A model generated the notes under the pieces. It searched no databases. It saw only the letters and a program-made list of their open reading frames with translations, and was not told where the DNA came from. 64,000 nucleotides of DNA from Candidatus Latescibacterota bacterium. Its GTDB lineage: Bacteria > Latescibacterota > UBA2968 > SICM01. The position numbers and the translations under genes are program-made. Of this stretch, positions 29,510 to 39,959 are shown in pieces (positions within the stretch are counted from its first letter, which is position 1; the number at the start of each line of letters is the position of its first letter). The DNA lies in contig CBDCJO010000002.1 in NCBI GenBank assembly GCA_965217865.1, forward strand, positions 160,001-224,000, read 5' to 3'.

Positions 29510-30760
29510 TCAGCTCTCCGGCACATATGGCGATTTCCATAATTGACGAATATCATCGATTTCCTGCTTGATCATGGCAATCCGCTCTATTCCCAGCCCA
29601 AAAGCAAATCCGCTTACCCTCTTGACATTGAAACCCGCCTGGCGTAACATATCTTCTTTCAGAAGCCCGCAGCCGCCCATTCCAAACCATTTTTCGTTCC
29701 ATCTGATATCGAATTCAATACCAGCTTCGACAAACTTGAAATCATGATTGCGCCAACGGATCTCGACTTCTCCGAACACCGCAATGAGCGTTTGCCGGAC
29801 CGTTGATTTCAGGGTCTGAAGATCAGCGGTTTGGTCGATGCAAATCCCATCGACTTGATGGAAGACTTTGGAATGACGTCGATCTTCACTGTCCGATCGA
29901 AAAACTCTTCCGGCCGCGAGCAAACGCACGGGTGGTTTCCGTCCCTTTATCGCCTGAAATGTCGTGTGGGTCGTATGGGTCCGGAGGATTTCATTATCGC
30001 TTACGTGATAAGCCATTTCGGTGACTCCCATATCCTCCTCCACCGATCTATCTACGATTTCCTCACCGCCGATGATTTCATACGAGGACAGGGCGGTCCG
30101 GATCTGTTCCCAGATCGTTCTGACCGGATGCCCTTCGATCTCCATCGGTTTTGGCCTATTGAGCAGCTCCCCCACCACTTTCTCGCTGAAACGTTCATCA
30201 GGTGAATGATCCTTCAGGGATTCGCTGACCATTTCGATCATCCTTTCTTTTAATCTCTTTCTGGAGTCGTGCAGTCGCTTTTTGACGGTGGTCACGGGCA
30301 ACTCCAGAAAATCGCCGATTTCTTTTTGAGAATATCCATCGATGTAGAACAAAGCTGTCACGGTCCTTTCGTGTTCCGCGAGGGTCCGAAGGGCCTGGAT
30401 CACTTTTTCCTTCAATTCTTTCGCTTCCATTATTTCATCGGGAGAAGGCTCAGATGAGGTTATCTCAGTCGTGTCTTCAAGCGAAATTGTTGGAACCGGC
30501 CTGTCCCGCGTGAACCGGTCGCAATGCTTGAAGATGATCTTTCGGAACCATCCGGGGAAAGCATCAGGATTTTGAAGCTGCGAAAGTTTCAAGAAGGCTT
30601 CGATGAATGCCTCCTGCGCGGCATCCTCGGCTAACTGAAAGTCATTGAGGAGCGAGTAGCAATAGCCCACGGCCATATCCTGGAAGCGTCGAACGATCGT
30701 TCCATATGCGTTTAGGTCGCCGGACTTGGTCCGAAGGATTAAAGATTGGAGTTCTTCCAC
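29510..30760 (-). CDS. ECF sigma-70 factor fused to a phenylalanyl-tRNA synthetase alpha-like catalytic domain
   Basis: Sigma2 AEDAAQEAF and sigma4 YSQKEIGDFLELPVTTVKKRL; then GHPV, LRTHTT, GRVFR...H...FHQVDG, GCG and GFAFGLGIERIAM. Confidence 0.88.
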   Translation of the reverse strand: MEELQSLILRTKSGDLNAYGTIVRRFQDMAVGYCYSLLNDFQLAEDAAQEAFIEAFLKLSQLQNPDAFPGWFRKIIFKHCDRFTRDRPVPTISLEDTTEITSSEPSPDEIMEAKELKEKVIQALRTLAEHERTVTALFYIDGYSQKEIGDFLELPVTTVKKRLHDSRKRLKERMIEMVSESLKDHSPDERFSEKVVGELLNRPKPMEIEGHPVRTIWEQIRTALSSYEIIGGEEIVDRSVEEDMGVTEMAYHVSDNEILRTHTTHTTFQAIKGRKPPVRLLAAGRVFRSDSEDRRHSKVFHQVDGICIDQTADLQTLKSTVRQTLIAVFGEVEIRWRNHDFKFVEAGIEFDIRWNEKWFGMGGCGLLKEDMLRQAGFNVKRVSGFAFGLGIERIAMIKQEIDDIRQLWKSPYVPES

Positions 30761-30796
30761 TTTTTCCCCGTTTCTGAGAAGGTTCCTTCTATAAAG

Positions 30797-30825
30797 TAAG
30801 ACCCGATTCTTCCTTTAAAGGTTAC
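30797..30825 (-). promoter_or_regulatory. putative ECF-type (autoregulatory) promoter
   Basis: Minus strand GTAACC-N17-GTCTTA, 36 nt upstream of the GTG start. Confidence 0.5.
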
Positions 30826-30856
30826 TGAAGTCCTGAAGAAACTTCAATATTATTAT

Positions 30857-31001
30857 GGTAATTAGGAAGATATTGGTACCAGATTCACCAGATATGAAGC
30901 AATAATTGGGAAGAGATCCTCGTCTTCCTGGTTGAATCTGAACTCTGTTTCCTTCAGGTATAAATGGAAATGATGTCGAGGGATTCCTCTGTATTGATAT
31001 A
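30857..31001 (-). mobile_element. IS1595 right-end fragment
   Basis: Near-identical inverted copy of 379..523. Confidence 0.85.
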
Positions 31002-31444
31002 CACGAGACGCCCTCGCCCGACTGCTCTCCGATTTCGACGCGCCGCCGCCCATCGGGCACCGGCTCACGCGGGAGGCTCGGCTCGACATCCGCAGCGTAG
31101 CAGCAGATCCCTTCACTTCGCCCTCGGGCTCGACCACGCGACGCCCGAACTTGAAGACGGGAACTTCCGTTCGAGCAGCCAGACGGCTGGCTGCCATGTC
31201 GGAGGCTCGGCTTCAGCGGATGAAGCTGATACCCCGGAAGAGTGAGGTCCTGAGGCCTGACGGCTTGGTCAAGGTCCGCCATAGCCACCGCAATCCGCTC
31301 CGCCTGATCAGCGCGCAGCTTGCTGAGATCTCCTCGCTCATAAAGCCGCTTGAGGCCACGATGGCGAAAAGCCCGAATGAAGCTGCGGCAGGTCCCTGAT
31401 CCGAGATGGGAGAGGAAAACTGATTTTTGACGCGGCCTTCCCCC

Positions 31445-31845
31445 TCTGCGGTGCGGGCGTGATTACGGTAGATCCTTTCAATACAGCAAGTTACGACTGA
31501 CGAACAGAGAATGGTTCCGGGGAGAGGATCATATGGGGAGCCAGATTCCCATCCGCCAACTTCGGCGGTCGTCCGTTAACGCAAGACTCCGTGGGGCAAC
31601 CCTTCGGGGTCTTGTCGTTTCTGTCGTATTCACAAACACTTGGGCCACCTCCTTCCCCTCTCTGCCGATTCTCTGTTTCGAAGCATTTCCCCCGGTGTCC
31701 GAGCACAACCGTGGGGTTGCGTCCGTTGAGCAGAGATATCTCCTCCGGATTCTCTGATTCTCTGTTTTTCCCGTCGGCTTTATTTAACAGCCTGGTTCGA
31801 CGTTTGGGAACGTCCCCCGGTATGTATTCACTGGAGCCGGACCAG
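31445..31845 (+). repeat. diverged copy of the non-coding element at 19355..19765
   Basis: Colinear similarity, e.g. GACGAACAGAGAATGGTTCCGGGG, CCCATCCGCCAACTT, GAGCAGAGATATCTC. Confidence 0.85.
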
Positions 31846-31859
31846 TTCCCCCGAATTTG

Positions 31860-32345
31860 AGCAGTTCCGCGTCGGAGGTTTCCCGTCCGGGCTCCGTACC
31901 ACCACGTCACCCACTGCCCCCCCCTGCCGGTGAACGCAGGGTTTTGCTGGTCAGCCTTGTATTTCAGGGTATCGGTACCGGAGACGATCCCGATGATGGT
32001 GTCTGTTTCGTTAGAGTTTGCCGCCTTCCCCGCCGTGTTTCCTGAAACGTCTCTCGTCGTCGCCCTCACGACTATGGTTTCGCCAACGAAATTAATGGAG
32101 TCCGGCGCACCAGATCCCACCGTCACCGCCATGCCGCCCGCGACCGGCTTGGTGCTCGCCTTCAGCGCGACCGTCTTTCGTACGATGAAGCGATTCGCAT
32201 AATTTTGCGCAACGAAGGCGGTCGCGATCCCTGCATCGCTGGTATCCACTGCATTCTTGTGGGAGAACAGAAGGTCGTCGGCCCTGAATTCGACCACGAT
32301 CCTCGCGTTCGACTCCGTGGCCCCCAGGGTATCAACGAAACCCGG
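31860..32345 (-). pseudogene. internal fragment of a beta-rich secreted protein
   Basis: T/S/G/A/V-rich open frame (IVVRATTRDVSGN..DTLKYKADQQNP) without native ends. Confidence 0.4.
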
Positions 32346-33254
32346 TGCTGTGCCGGGCCGTAAGTCATACTCCCCCCACGATCGCTTTTTTTGTGGAGGT
32401 CGCATCGTTGCCCGGATTCCGAATTAAAGTCGCACACGGGCCGGATTCCGTGCCTCAGCGGGCGATTCCGTGCCAAGGGGGGGGGGTTGGATTCCATAAT
32501 TTCGGAGCGAGTATAAAAAGGCGGGTGGGTGAGGTCCCCCCAGCAACGAGGCCGGTCGTCGTGTCCGGGCAGGTCCCTCAACGCCCACCGGATCGAAACC
32601 GCCGTGGTGGAGCACGTCCGCGGCATCGGGATGAACCAACAGGTCGTGGCGGCCACGGTGGCCAAAGCGCGGGAACAACGGCTGACCGCTTCTCCGGGAA
32701 GAGGGTCCCGCTCTTGAGCGGGAAGCCGTGGATGAAAGCGACCTGGCCCCGCGGTGAACGGTGCCCGCGAGCTCGCCTGGGTCTACACGATCGAGACCAC
32801 GCGCATCAAACGGCGCCGGATCGTCTCCGGCTGCTGGCCGGAGTAACGGCCCGCCCAGTCGCTACCGCCCTCCGCAGCGCCAGGGACTGACCGAGTCTCC
32901 AGACCTCAACTGAAGCGCCACCGCCGGATCGGTGCCACTCAGGACTTCAGTCCTTCTCGCCGCTTCGAGAACTCCATCGATCTCGACTCCCGCCGCAATC
33001 TCATCACTGATGCTGGCAACCCGGCTCCCGAGTCCGGATCGCCTAAACGCGGTTAGTTATGGAAAGGATCGTTGGGGCGTGCCCAGAGCCGGAAGAGCTT
33101 GAAGCATCCCCCCGCGAGAGCTTGTCCTGGAAAGCGTAGACCATGCCGGCACTCGAAGGCGGAGGGGTGGGGATGCGGTGGCCTTGTCGCTCCCAGTCGT
33201 AGCGGACGCTTTGCGTCATAGGTAAATGCCCGCGGCGCTCGTCACGGTCATGAC

Positions 33255-33500
33255 CACGGTTCGCCCCCCGCATCCGTTTCAAGGCGGAAGGTTTTGTTCC
33301 CGTATCCATGCGTCTGCATCCGCTCGGCATGGAAGGTCCACGTCTGGCGAATCGAAACTTTCATCTTTACTCATTGACCCCGAAGCGAGCATCGCCCCAT
33401 CGGGTGAAAACGACACCGGACAGACCCCTCCCGCATTCCCTTCAGAGGAAGAGACCCGGTCAACGCGAAAAGGCAAGCCCTTAACAGGAAGTACGGGCGA
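33255..33500 (-). pseudogene. scrambled remnants of a metalloprotease-WD40 paralogue
   Basis: RACLFALTG, VSFSPDGAMLASGS and GYGNKTFRLETD pieces. Confidence 0.65.
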
Positions 33501-33596
33501 CCCTGGCGAGGTGGGGGGGTAAAAGTGTTCAGGGATCGACTTTGTGAAGCCGCATGTCCGCCTTTTGGGTTGCAAGCAATTTCCGTAGGCTGAAAA

Positions 33597-33660
33597 CCAC
33601 AATATGTTGTGGTTTTTGACGGACGAGAATTATATATATTTAATAAACAATATGTTGCGA
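33597..33660. promoter_or_regulatory. tandem NrdR-box-like palindromes
   Basis: CCACAATATGTTGTGG (33597) and AAACAATATGTTGCGA (33645). Confidence 0.55.
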
Positions 33661-33789
33661 CTGCGAAGGGGTACAAACGAGAGGACCTGAATCCTGGCGT
33701 TGTGTGATTTGGCAGGGTTCTTTATATTTGGGATTGAAAATAATTGACAAAACCCGACTCCCAATGGGCGGGCCTGTCGTAGTCTCAGT

Positions 33790-33905
33790 GTGACAAGGGG
33801 AGAGGGTATGAAGCGCGGTATGATCTGGATGGCGATGGCACAATTGGGATTGGTGATTTTTTTGTCTTTTCCAACGACTTCCGCAAAGAAGCGTCATCAA
33901 ATTGA
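33790..33905 (+). pseudogene. EF-hand/dockerin-like C-terminal fragment
   Basis: GYEARYDLDGDGTIGIGDFFVFSNDF; a similar piece lies at 42342..42440. Confidence 0.65.
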
Positions 33906-33956
33906 CCTGTCTGTACGTGCAGGCGGATGTCTTTCACTTGAAAAGAGCATAACCTG

Positions 33957-35378
33957 ATGCAAAAATCCGTTCTTCGTCTCACCTCACCAATCAGATTGAG
34001 GGCTTGCCTTTTCGCGTTGACCGGTTTCTTCCTCTCCCCGATGTTTGTCAGCCATGCTTCTCCACAGCCGGCAAATGATGTGCATTTCTGCCTGCCCCTC
34101 GATTTTGAAGAAATGAGAGAGAGCGATAGTCTCTATGCTGCTCGCAAGCAGGCGTTTGACTTGAACGTTGGCGAATCCCGCACCGTGCGGATGATCTACT
34201 TCCTGCCCAATGACCGTCCGTTTCGCGCAGAAGTGGTTGATTCGATGAAAGTTGAGATTCGCCAGATTCAGACCTTCTACGGCGAACAGATGCAGGCGCA
34301 CGGATACGGGAACAAAACCTTCCGCTTTGAAACCGATGTGCAGGGCGTGCCGATGATTCATCGCGTGGATGGTCAACACCCCGACAGTCATTATCTTGAC
34401 CTCACATTTCCGGCTATGTATGACGAGCTTGAACAGGCGTTTGATCTCCGTGCGAACATTTACCTCCTTGTCATTGATAATAGTGGTGGAATTGATATTG
34501 GTTCTCGGCGTGTGGGAGGAATAGGAGGCGCCCGGGGAAAAAATGCTGGCTTTGCGTTGGTTCATGGGGGATTCGGCTTCAAAACGGCGGCCCATGAACT
34601 TGGACATGCCTTCGGATTGCAGCACGATTTCAACGATCACCCGTACTTCGATGAACCGTACATCATGTCATATGGCAACAGCCAACGATACTCTCTATCT
34701 GCGTGCAATGCCGAATTTTTGGCTGTGCACCCCTACTTCAATCCCAGTGTTGAAGCGCAAGAAGCGCCACCGCCGGCAATCGAACTCATTTCACAGACTG
34801 GCTATCCGGCAGGCTCGAGAAACGTCACCGTTCAACTCGAAGTCAGCGACCCGGAGGGACTTCACCAGGTGCTCCTGTTCGTTAGAACAAGAGAATTCCA
34901 GGCCGCCGGATCGCCTGAAGTGAAAGCGTGTCATGGATTGGCGGGTGCAAGAGATGCCGTCGTTGAATTTGATTATGACGGTGTCATTCCGTCTTATGAC
35001 TTGACGAGTCTTTCCAACCCTAACGCGCATCCCATTCATGTCCAGGCCGTTGATACTGACGGGAATGTTGGGCGGGTGCGTTTTAACCTCTGGGAAATTT
35101 CGCTACAACATATCGCCACCCTTAGGCATACAAATTGGAAGGATGAACCACTCCTTGCATCCCTTACGGCAGCGTCTGTACATGGCACCGTCGCGACAGG
35201 CGAATGGGCTGGACAACGGATCCGTCGTCGCTGGTCGATCCAAAGGAAGGAATCCGGGGCGGATCCCTCTGGGTCTCATCCCGTATTCTCTCATTTGAAA
35301 TGCCCCTTTTTGATGGCCTTTTGTTTTTTTTCACATTTCAACTATAGGCAAAATCAAGAAAAATTTACGCTTGTATAG
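33957..35378 (+). pseudogene. secreted Zn-metalloprotease paralogue of 25821, truncated at the start of its WD40 region
   Basis: Signal peptide, HELGHAFGLQH, YIMSY Met-turn; homology stops at ~35135. Confidence 0.8.
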
Positions 35379-35429
35379 GGAATAGCCTTAGAAGATGTAA
35401 CCTAAGATTCTAAAGGAGCTGAACCCGTG
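35367..35429 (+). repeat. ~62-bp promoter/RBS-like direct repeat, copy 1
   Basis: ACGCTTGTATAGGGAATAGCC...CTAAAGGAGCTGAACCC(G/A)TG, repeated at 38727. Confidence 0.8.
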
Positions 35430-35798
35430 AACGAAAGACAAGACAAAAATCCCGAAGACGACTTCTACCTGCACGTCAACACCACGGCCGGTGCCTTCAT
35501 TATGTCCGACACCGTGTTGACCGAAAACTTCGATAAAGACTACATCGAATTGATCACCCTCTCCGAGCGAAACTTCCTTGAGGGAGAGCTGCGGGAGATA
35601 ACCCCTTTGCCGTATCGAAAGGAGTTGGACGATCTTGTTGAGGAGATCAACCGGCAGATCGGCACGCCGGAGTTCGGCAATGGGATGACGGTCCGTGAAT
35701 CCTGGATACACGGGACCAGGGATTTCCCGTCACCGGAGCAGATCGAGCGGGCGGGGGGACACCTCGTCTTTTCCCGTTTGACGTTTCACGACGTTTGA
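35427..35798 (+). CDS. hypothetical protein
   Basis: 123-aa ORF with AAGGAG RBS; the 3' end may be chimeric. Confidence 0.5.
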   Translation: MNERQDKNPEDDFYLHVNTTAGAFIMSDTVLTENFDKDYIELITLSERNFLEGELREITPLPYRKELDDLVEEINRQIGTPEFGNGMTVRESWIHGTRDFPSPEQIERAGGHLVFSRLTFHDV

Positions 35799-35985
35799 CG
35801 GCTTTTTTGACTTCTGACTTCTGTATTCTGTATTCTGTATTCCGGTGGGGATGGGTGGAAGGGACTTACTTGCTACTGCTTTTCCCGTTTGACGTTTCAC
35901 GTTTGACGTTTGCCTTTCCTGCCGTTGCCACTGCTTTGCCTTCTCACGGTCTTTCCATCGTCTATCGTCCATTGTCCATCGTCAA
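35775..35985. repeat. cluster of heptamer tandem repeats
   Basis: (TTTGACG/TTTCACG)n, (TTCTGTA/TTCTGAC)n and (CCATCGT/CTATCGT)n. Confidence 0.75.
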
Positions 35986-36255
35986 TTTCATATGCGCAAT
36001 TATTTATGACGTAAAGTAGTGTTGAAAAATGTGCTCCAGGTCTATAACGGTCCTAATTTCTCTTATGAAATTCTCTGTCTGAAATCCTTTCAATATAGAT
36101 AGATAAAAGATACAGATCCTCAAATATCCATTTCTACCATTGAGGAATTGCAACCCTTTTACAACCCAAGCGACCCCCTGCTCCCATACCCGATCGGATT
36201 CCGGGTGTTATGACGAAACCTTGATTTTTAAATACGCCCTTCTTCTGCATCAAAT

Positions 36256-36969
36256 ATGTCGAACAGAGTGACCACTGAAAGATGGTCTTGCCATAAAATG
36301 AATGTAACAAGATATTCTATACTTATCACTTCTGTCGTTTCTGTACTATTCTTGACCACTCTAGCAGATGCGACCAACGATCTTGGACTCTGGCCAGAAA
36401 TCGGAATTAAGTTAAAGCAAAAAAACAGAAACTTAAAAGGTAATACACAAGTTCGATTCAGAGATAACATAAAAGATCTACACTACTTCAGAGCGGAATT
36501 TGGTCCTGGCTTCACTCTATCATTATTAGAATTCTTCATAATGTATCGATTCAATCCTCAAGAGAGAAACAGTACCTGGAATACCCAACATTACCTCCTC
36601 GTTGATCCAACAGTTAAGAAAATCAAGCTATTATCAAGCTCAAATCTGCTCCTTGATCTACGTAGTCGTCTCCAAATAAAATTAGGAGATAATGGAAGAA
36701 GCTTCTTGCGTGTACGTCCTCACTTATATCATAAGATGCGTTCGCAGAATATAGATAGTTGGTTTATCAATAACGAGTTCTTCATTCAAATCTCAGATCT
36801 TGGTCAGCGAAGCCGAGTCAATCAGAACCGTTTCTCCGTTGGTCTAAAGCTAAAGAGGGGCAATATCGATTTCTCACCTTACTACTTACTTCGGTCAGAT
36901 AAACCAACTTCTAGTGCTCCTTGGAACCACATTCATGTCATTGGCGTATCAGCGTATATGAATAATTAA
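36256..36969 (+). CDS. DUF2490-like outer-membrane beta-barrel protein
   Basis: Signal peptide, DLGLW, QVRFRDN, NEFF..NQNRFSVG; AT-rich. Confidence 0.7.
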   Translation: MSNRVTTERWSCHKMNVTRYSILITSVVSVLFLTTLADATNDLGLWPEIGIKLKQKNRNLKGNTQVRFRDNIKDLHYFRAEFGPGFTLSLLEFFIMYRFNPQERNSTWNTQHYLLVDPTVKKIKLLSSSNLLLDLRSRLQIKLGDNGRSFLRVRPHLYHKMRSQNIDSWFINNEFFIQISDLGQRSRVNQNRFSVGLKLKRGNIDFSPYYLLRSDKPTSSAPWNHIHVIGVSAYMNN

Positions 36970-36971
36970 TC

Positions 36972-37026
36972 ACGGTAACCCCCCGGCTCTGCCGGGGGAC
37001 TATTAAAGTTTGACAGTTCCGGGAAT
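36972..37026. mobile_element. IS200/IS605-like terminal hairpin remnant
   Basis: CCCCCGGCTCTGCCGGGGG hairpin; no transposase nearby. Confidence 0.55.
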
Positions 37027-37029
37027 ATG

Positions 37030-37100
37030 CCTTTCGCCGTGCGAGCTGCGAAGCGAAGAAGTAGGCAATTCTGTTTGGACAGGATTGACGTACGTTAGAC
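37030..37100 (-). other. partial attC-like site downstream of the PstS-like gene
   Basis: Minus strand GTCTAAC just after the stop, then CTTCGCTTCGCAGCTCG; cut by the IS200-like end. Confidence 0.4.
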
Positions 37101-37131
37101 CTCCCGTTCGTTTGTGCTCAGCAGATTGGAA

Positions 37132-38031
37132 TCACTTGCTGGTATGGAGCTCGGTTAGATGCCATTTACTAAGAAGATCTTTTCCTTCTTGCAGGTTCAC
37201 AGTGCCTTCATTCGAAATAACTGCTTGTCCTTCCTCACTGAGAATGTAATCTAGTAGACGCTTCGTATTCTCATCTGCATGCTTGGGTATTGCCATATAT
37301 AATGGCCTGAAATAGGGGTACTCCCCAGTTGATGTGTTTTCTTTTGAAGGGTAAACACCATCAATTTCTAGTACTCCCACATCTCTCTTTTTGGCTGAAC
37401 TAATCCCTGTCACCCCAATTCCGTTCTTATAGCGGGCGACGATATTCTTCTCAAGTGGACCAGATGACCCAAACTCTGTCGCTGAGGTTGGGAATTTGAA
37501 ATCTTTATCCCCCAATAGCAACAGACGAAACATAAGCCCTACTCCAGATATTTTGCCATCTCTGACAAGCAATATTATCTCCTTATTGTTCCCGCCAAGT
37601 TCCTTCCATGTTCTGGCTTTACCGGAATAGATGTCTTTGACCTGCTGGCTTGTTATGCCATTCACAGGGTTGTCTTTGTGTACTATCAATGCAAGGGCAT
37701 CCCAAGCAACGTGGATCAAATTGACATTGGCCTCTTCTGGGATCACATTATTCTGCTCGTCAACTAACAAGTGGCGGCAAGTACCACCAATGTGCGCATT
37801 ACCTGACGAAGTTAAACGAATGCCCTTTGTAGCACCGCCTCCGAACTTTTTAAATGGGATCCCCGTTTTTTGGGTAAACTTCTCTGCTATCTTCCCCATG
37901 AATGCGTTTTCGGTGATCCCGCAGCCCATCCATATTATCTGTGACTCTGCATGTGCTGAGATCGTCAAGAATAAAGTAAACCAAAATAGAGCCGTTGAAT
38001 TGAGTGTAGATTTCTTCATTGCAACCTCCAA
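37132..38031 (-). CDS. PstS-like phosphate-binding periplasmic protein
   Basis: GGGATKGIR, VAWDALALIVHKDNPV, GEYPYFRPLY, LSEEGQAVI. Confidence 0.85.
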   Translation of the reverse strand: MEVAMKKSTLNSTALFWFTLFLTISAHAESQIIWMGCGITENAFMGKIAEKFTQKTGIPFKKFGGGATKGIRLTSSGNAHIGGTCRHLLVDEQNNVIPEEANVNLIHVAWDALALIVHKDNPVNGITSQQVKDIYSGKARTWKELGGNNKEIILLVRDGKISGVGLMFRLLLLGDKDFKFPTSATEFGSSGPLEKNIVARYKNGIGVTGISSAKKRDVGVLEIDGVYPSKENTSTGEYPYFRPLYMAIPKHADENTKRLLDYILSEEGQAVISNEGTVNLQEGKDLLSKWHLTELHTSK

Positions 38032-38177
38032 AAACGTTCATGTGCCTTCTGATACAACTTCTGATTTTGCGGAAAACTCGGGCATAGTTCATTCGGGGTG
38101 GAAATGACCCAAGATGGGGCAGGGAGTTGCCTTTGTTCCTCTTCTGCTTTTCAGATCAGCCCCCAAACTGACATGGT

Positions 38178-38260
38178 TGGTAACGTTCAACTCATTGCCG
38201 CACCCCGTAGGGGTTTGGCGAAGGCCCTTCTGGGCCGAAGCCGGCAATGGGGTGTTAGAA
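38178..38260 (-). other. integron attC site
   Basis: Minus strand TTCTAAC-ACCCCATTGCCG-GCTTCGGCCCAGAAGGGCCTTCG...CGGCAATGAGTTGAAC-GTTACCA; 83 bp, just after the PAP2 stop. Confidence 0.8.
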
Positions 38261-38296
38261 GCCGTGGCCACTCTCGCTTCAGTCAAACCGCCTTTC

Positions 38297-38610
38297 TCAG
38301 CCGGCTTCGGTTTCCAACGACTTTTCGGTTCTAAGTCTTTCGAAATAGCTTCGTCCAACTGCGAACCCAATCGCAACGCCAATCAGCGCACCTGCTACTG
38401 TGTCCGAAAGCCAATGGAGAGTCGTGACAGACATTCCAATGGCCATATACAAGACATAAAGAATGGCAAGGATTCGAACCCACATCTTCTCCGGGACAAA
38501 GGTCATCAAACCTGTCGCCAAGGCAACGGCGACCGCAGTGTGGCCAGAGGGCCAACCTTCCCACACACCTCCCCTAAGAAATCCGAACCTAAACATTAAG
38601 CTGATATCAC
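38297..38610 (-). pseudogene. PAP2-family phosphatase C-terminal fragment
   Basis: WPSGHTAVA...HWLSDTVAGALIG. Confidence 0.8.
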
Positions 38611-38726
38611 CGGCGGCATCGGTATTGTCGCCACTTCTCCTCCTCAATATGGGACATCTCTGTCTTTGCAAAATAACCATACAAGAGAGGCTGTCCAGAA
38701 AAAAGACGATGACGAGTCACTTCCTC

Positions 38727-38788
38727 ACGCTTGTATAGGGAATAGCCTAGAAGTTGTAATGTAAGACTCTAAAGGAGCTGAACCCATG
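38727..38788 (+). repeat. ~62-bp promoter/RBS-like direct repeat, copy 2
   Basis: TTGTAT-N18-TGTAAT, AAGGAG, ATG. Confidence 0.8.
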
Positions 38789-38906
38789 AGTGAAGCCACG
38801 TCGAGCCACCGCCTCCGGCGTGGCTCGACCTTGGCCCTTCGCGGGCGGGGCATCAAACCCCGCCCTTGACCAAAGGGGAACACATCCCCTTTGGAAACCC
38901 CAGGCT

Positions 38907-39379
38907 TAGCAGCCTGTTGAAAAAGTGCGTTTATGCCAAGATGACTGTTGTCTTTCCTTGTGGTTTGGTCCTATGATATATCAGGTTCAAACTGAGAAGG
39001 GAGGACGAGCAAATGGCAATGGGAAAACGAGGACGACAGAGACAGGAAAACCTGTTCATCGCATCGAACACTTTGGTGAAATCTCCGGGTCATCCGTTCT
39101 ACGAGAAGCTGAATCAGGTATTGGGGGCGAACGGCTTCGACGAGTTCGTCGAGGGGCTTTGCCAGCGGTATTACGCTCCTCATATGGGTCGCAAGGGCAT
39201 TCCGCCCGGGGTTTATTTTCGGATGCTTTTGATTGGGTATTTCGAGGGACTTGATTCGGAACGTGGGATCGAATGGCGTGTATCTGACTCGCTGACGTTG
39301 CGCCGGTTTTTGGGGTATGCCCTTGACGAACAGACCCCGGATCATTCCAGCCTGTCTCGCATCCGGCATCGGCTTCCCT
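38907..39379 (+). mobile_element. IS1182/IS5-like element, left end and transposase N-terminus
   Basis: End TAGCAGCCTGTTGAA (inverted partner at 54130-54144); GHPFYEKLN...GRKGIPPGVYFRMLLIGYFEG. Confidence 0.85.
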
Positions 39380-39879
39380 CCCCGATATACCTCCGTGATA
39401 ACATGCCCACTGTATGCCTGGTTTGTATTAAAAAGATTGATCAAACGGGCTGGAATCCCGGCAACTTGGCTCAAAACGCAACCTACCCTCGCAACGTCAG
39501 TACACCAGTCTGATCCACGTTGGATGATCTCTTCTTCAGTCCCTCCGAACCGCATTTCATCCAAGCTTTCATCCACAACATTTTGGCCTAGCCTCTGAGT
39601 AAATCGTACTATTCCCTTGATTTTATCTTCATCCGAACCACAGTCTCCAACAGATTCTTTTAAATAGCTTTCTAACGTTGGGCGTGATCCTTTTTTATAC
39701 CGCACCTGAGTGGGAGTATATTCCTTGTATAAATATCCAGCAGTTTCGGTGCACAAACGAATCAATCGTTCCCATAACACCCAATCCACTGAACCAGGGG
39801 CATGAGTATCGTTTCCCAACATTTTCTGATACGCACACCCAAATTGACTAATACCTCTGTAATTGGAAAGGTTATCCAA
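39380..39879 (-). pseudogene. transglutaminase-like protein (gene cassette), truncated by IS
   Basis: DWCTDVARV...GIPARL...SGHVITEVY; preceded by GTTAGGC core site. Confidence 0.7.
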
Positions 39880-39959
39880 TGTCTTTTGCCCTTTAACAAG
39901 GATTTTTTATTCGGCGGAAGATAACCGGGGCCACCTTGCAAATGCCGCCTAACGATTTC

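Noticed and set aside
36042-36056. CTATAACGGTCCTAA, identical to part of the 23S rRNA I-CeuI site
   Set aside because: Only 15 bp with no rRNA similarity on either side; compatible with chance.
36042-36213. Possible attC between TCATAAC and GTTATAG on the minus strand
   Set aside because: Too long and no convincing inner L''/L' pairing.
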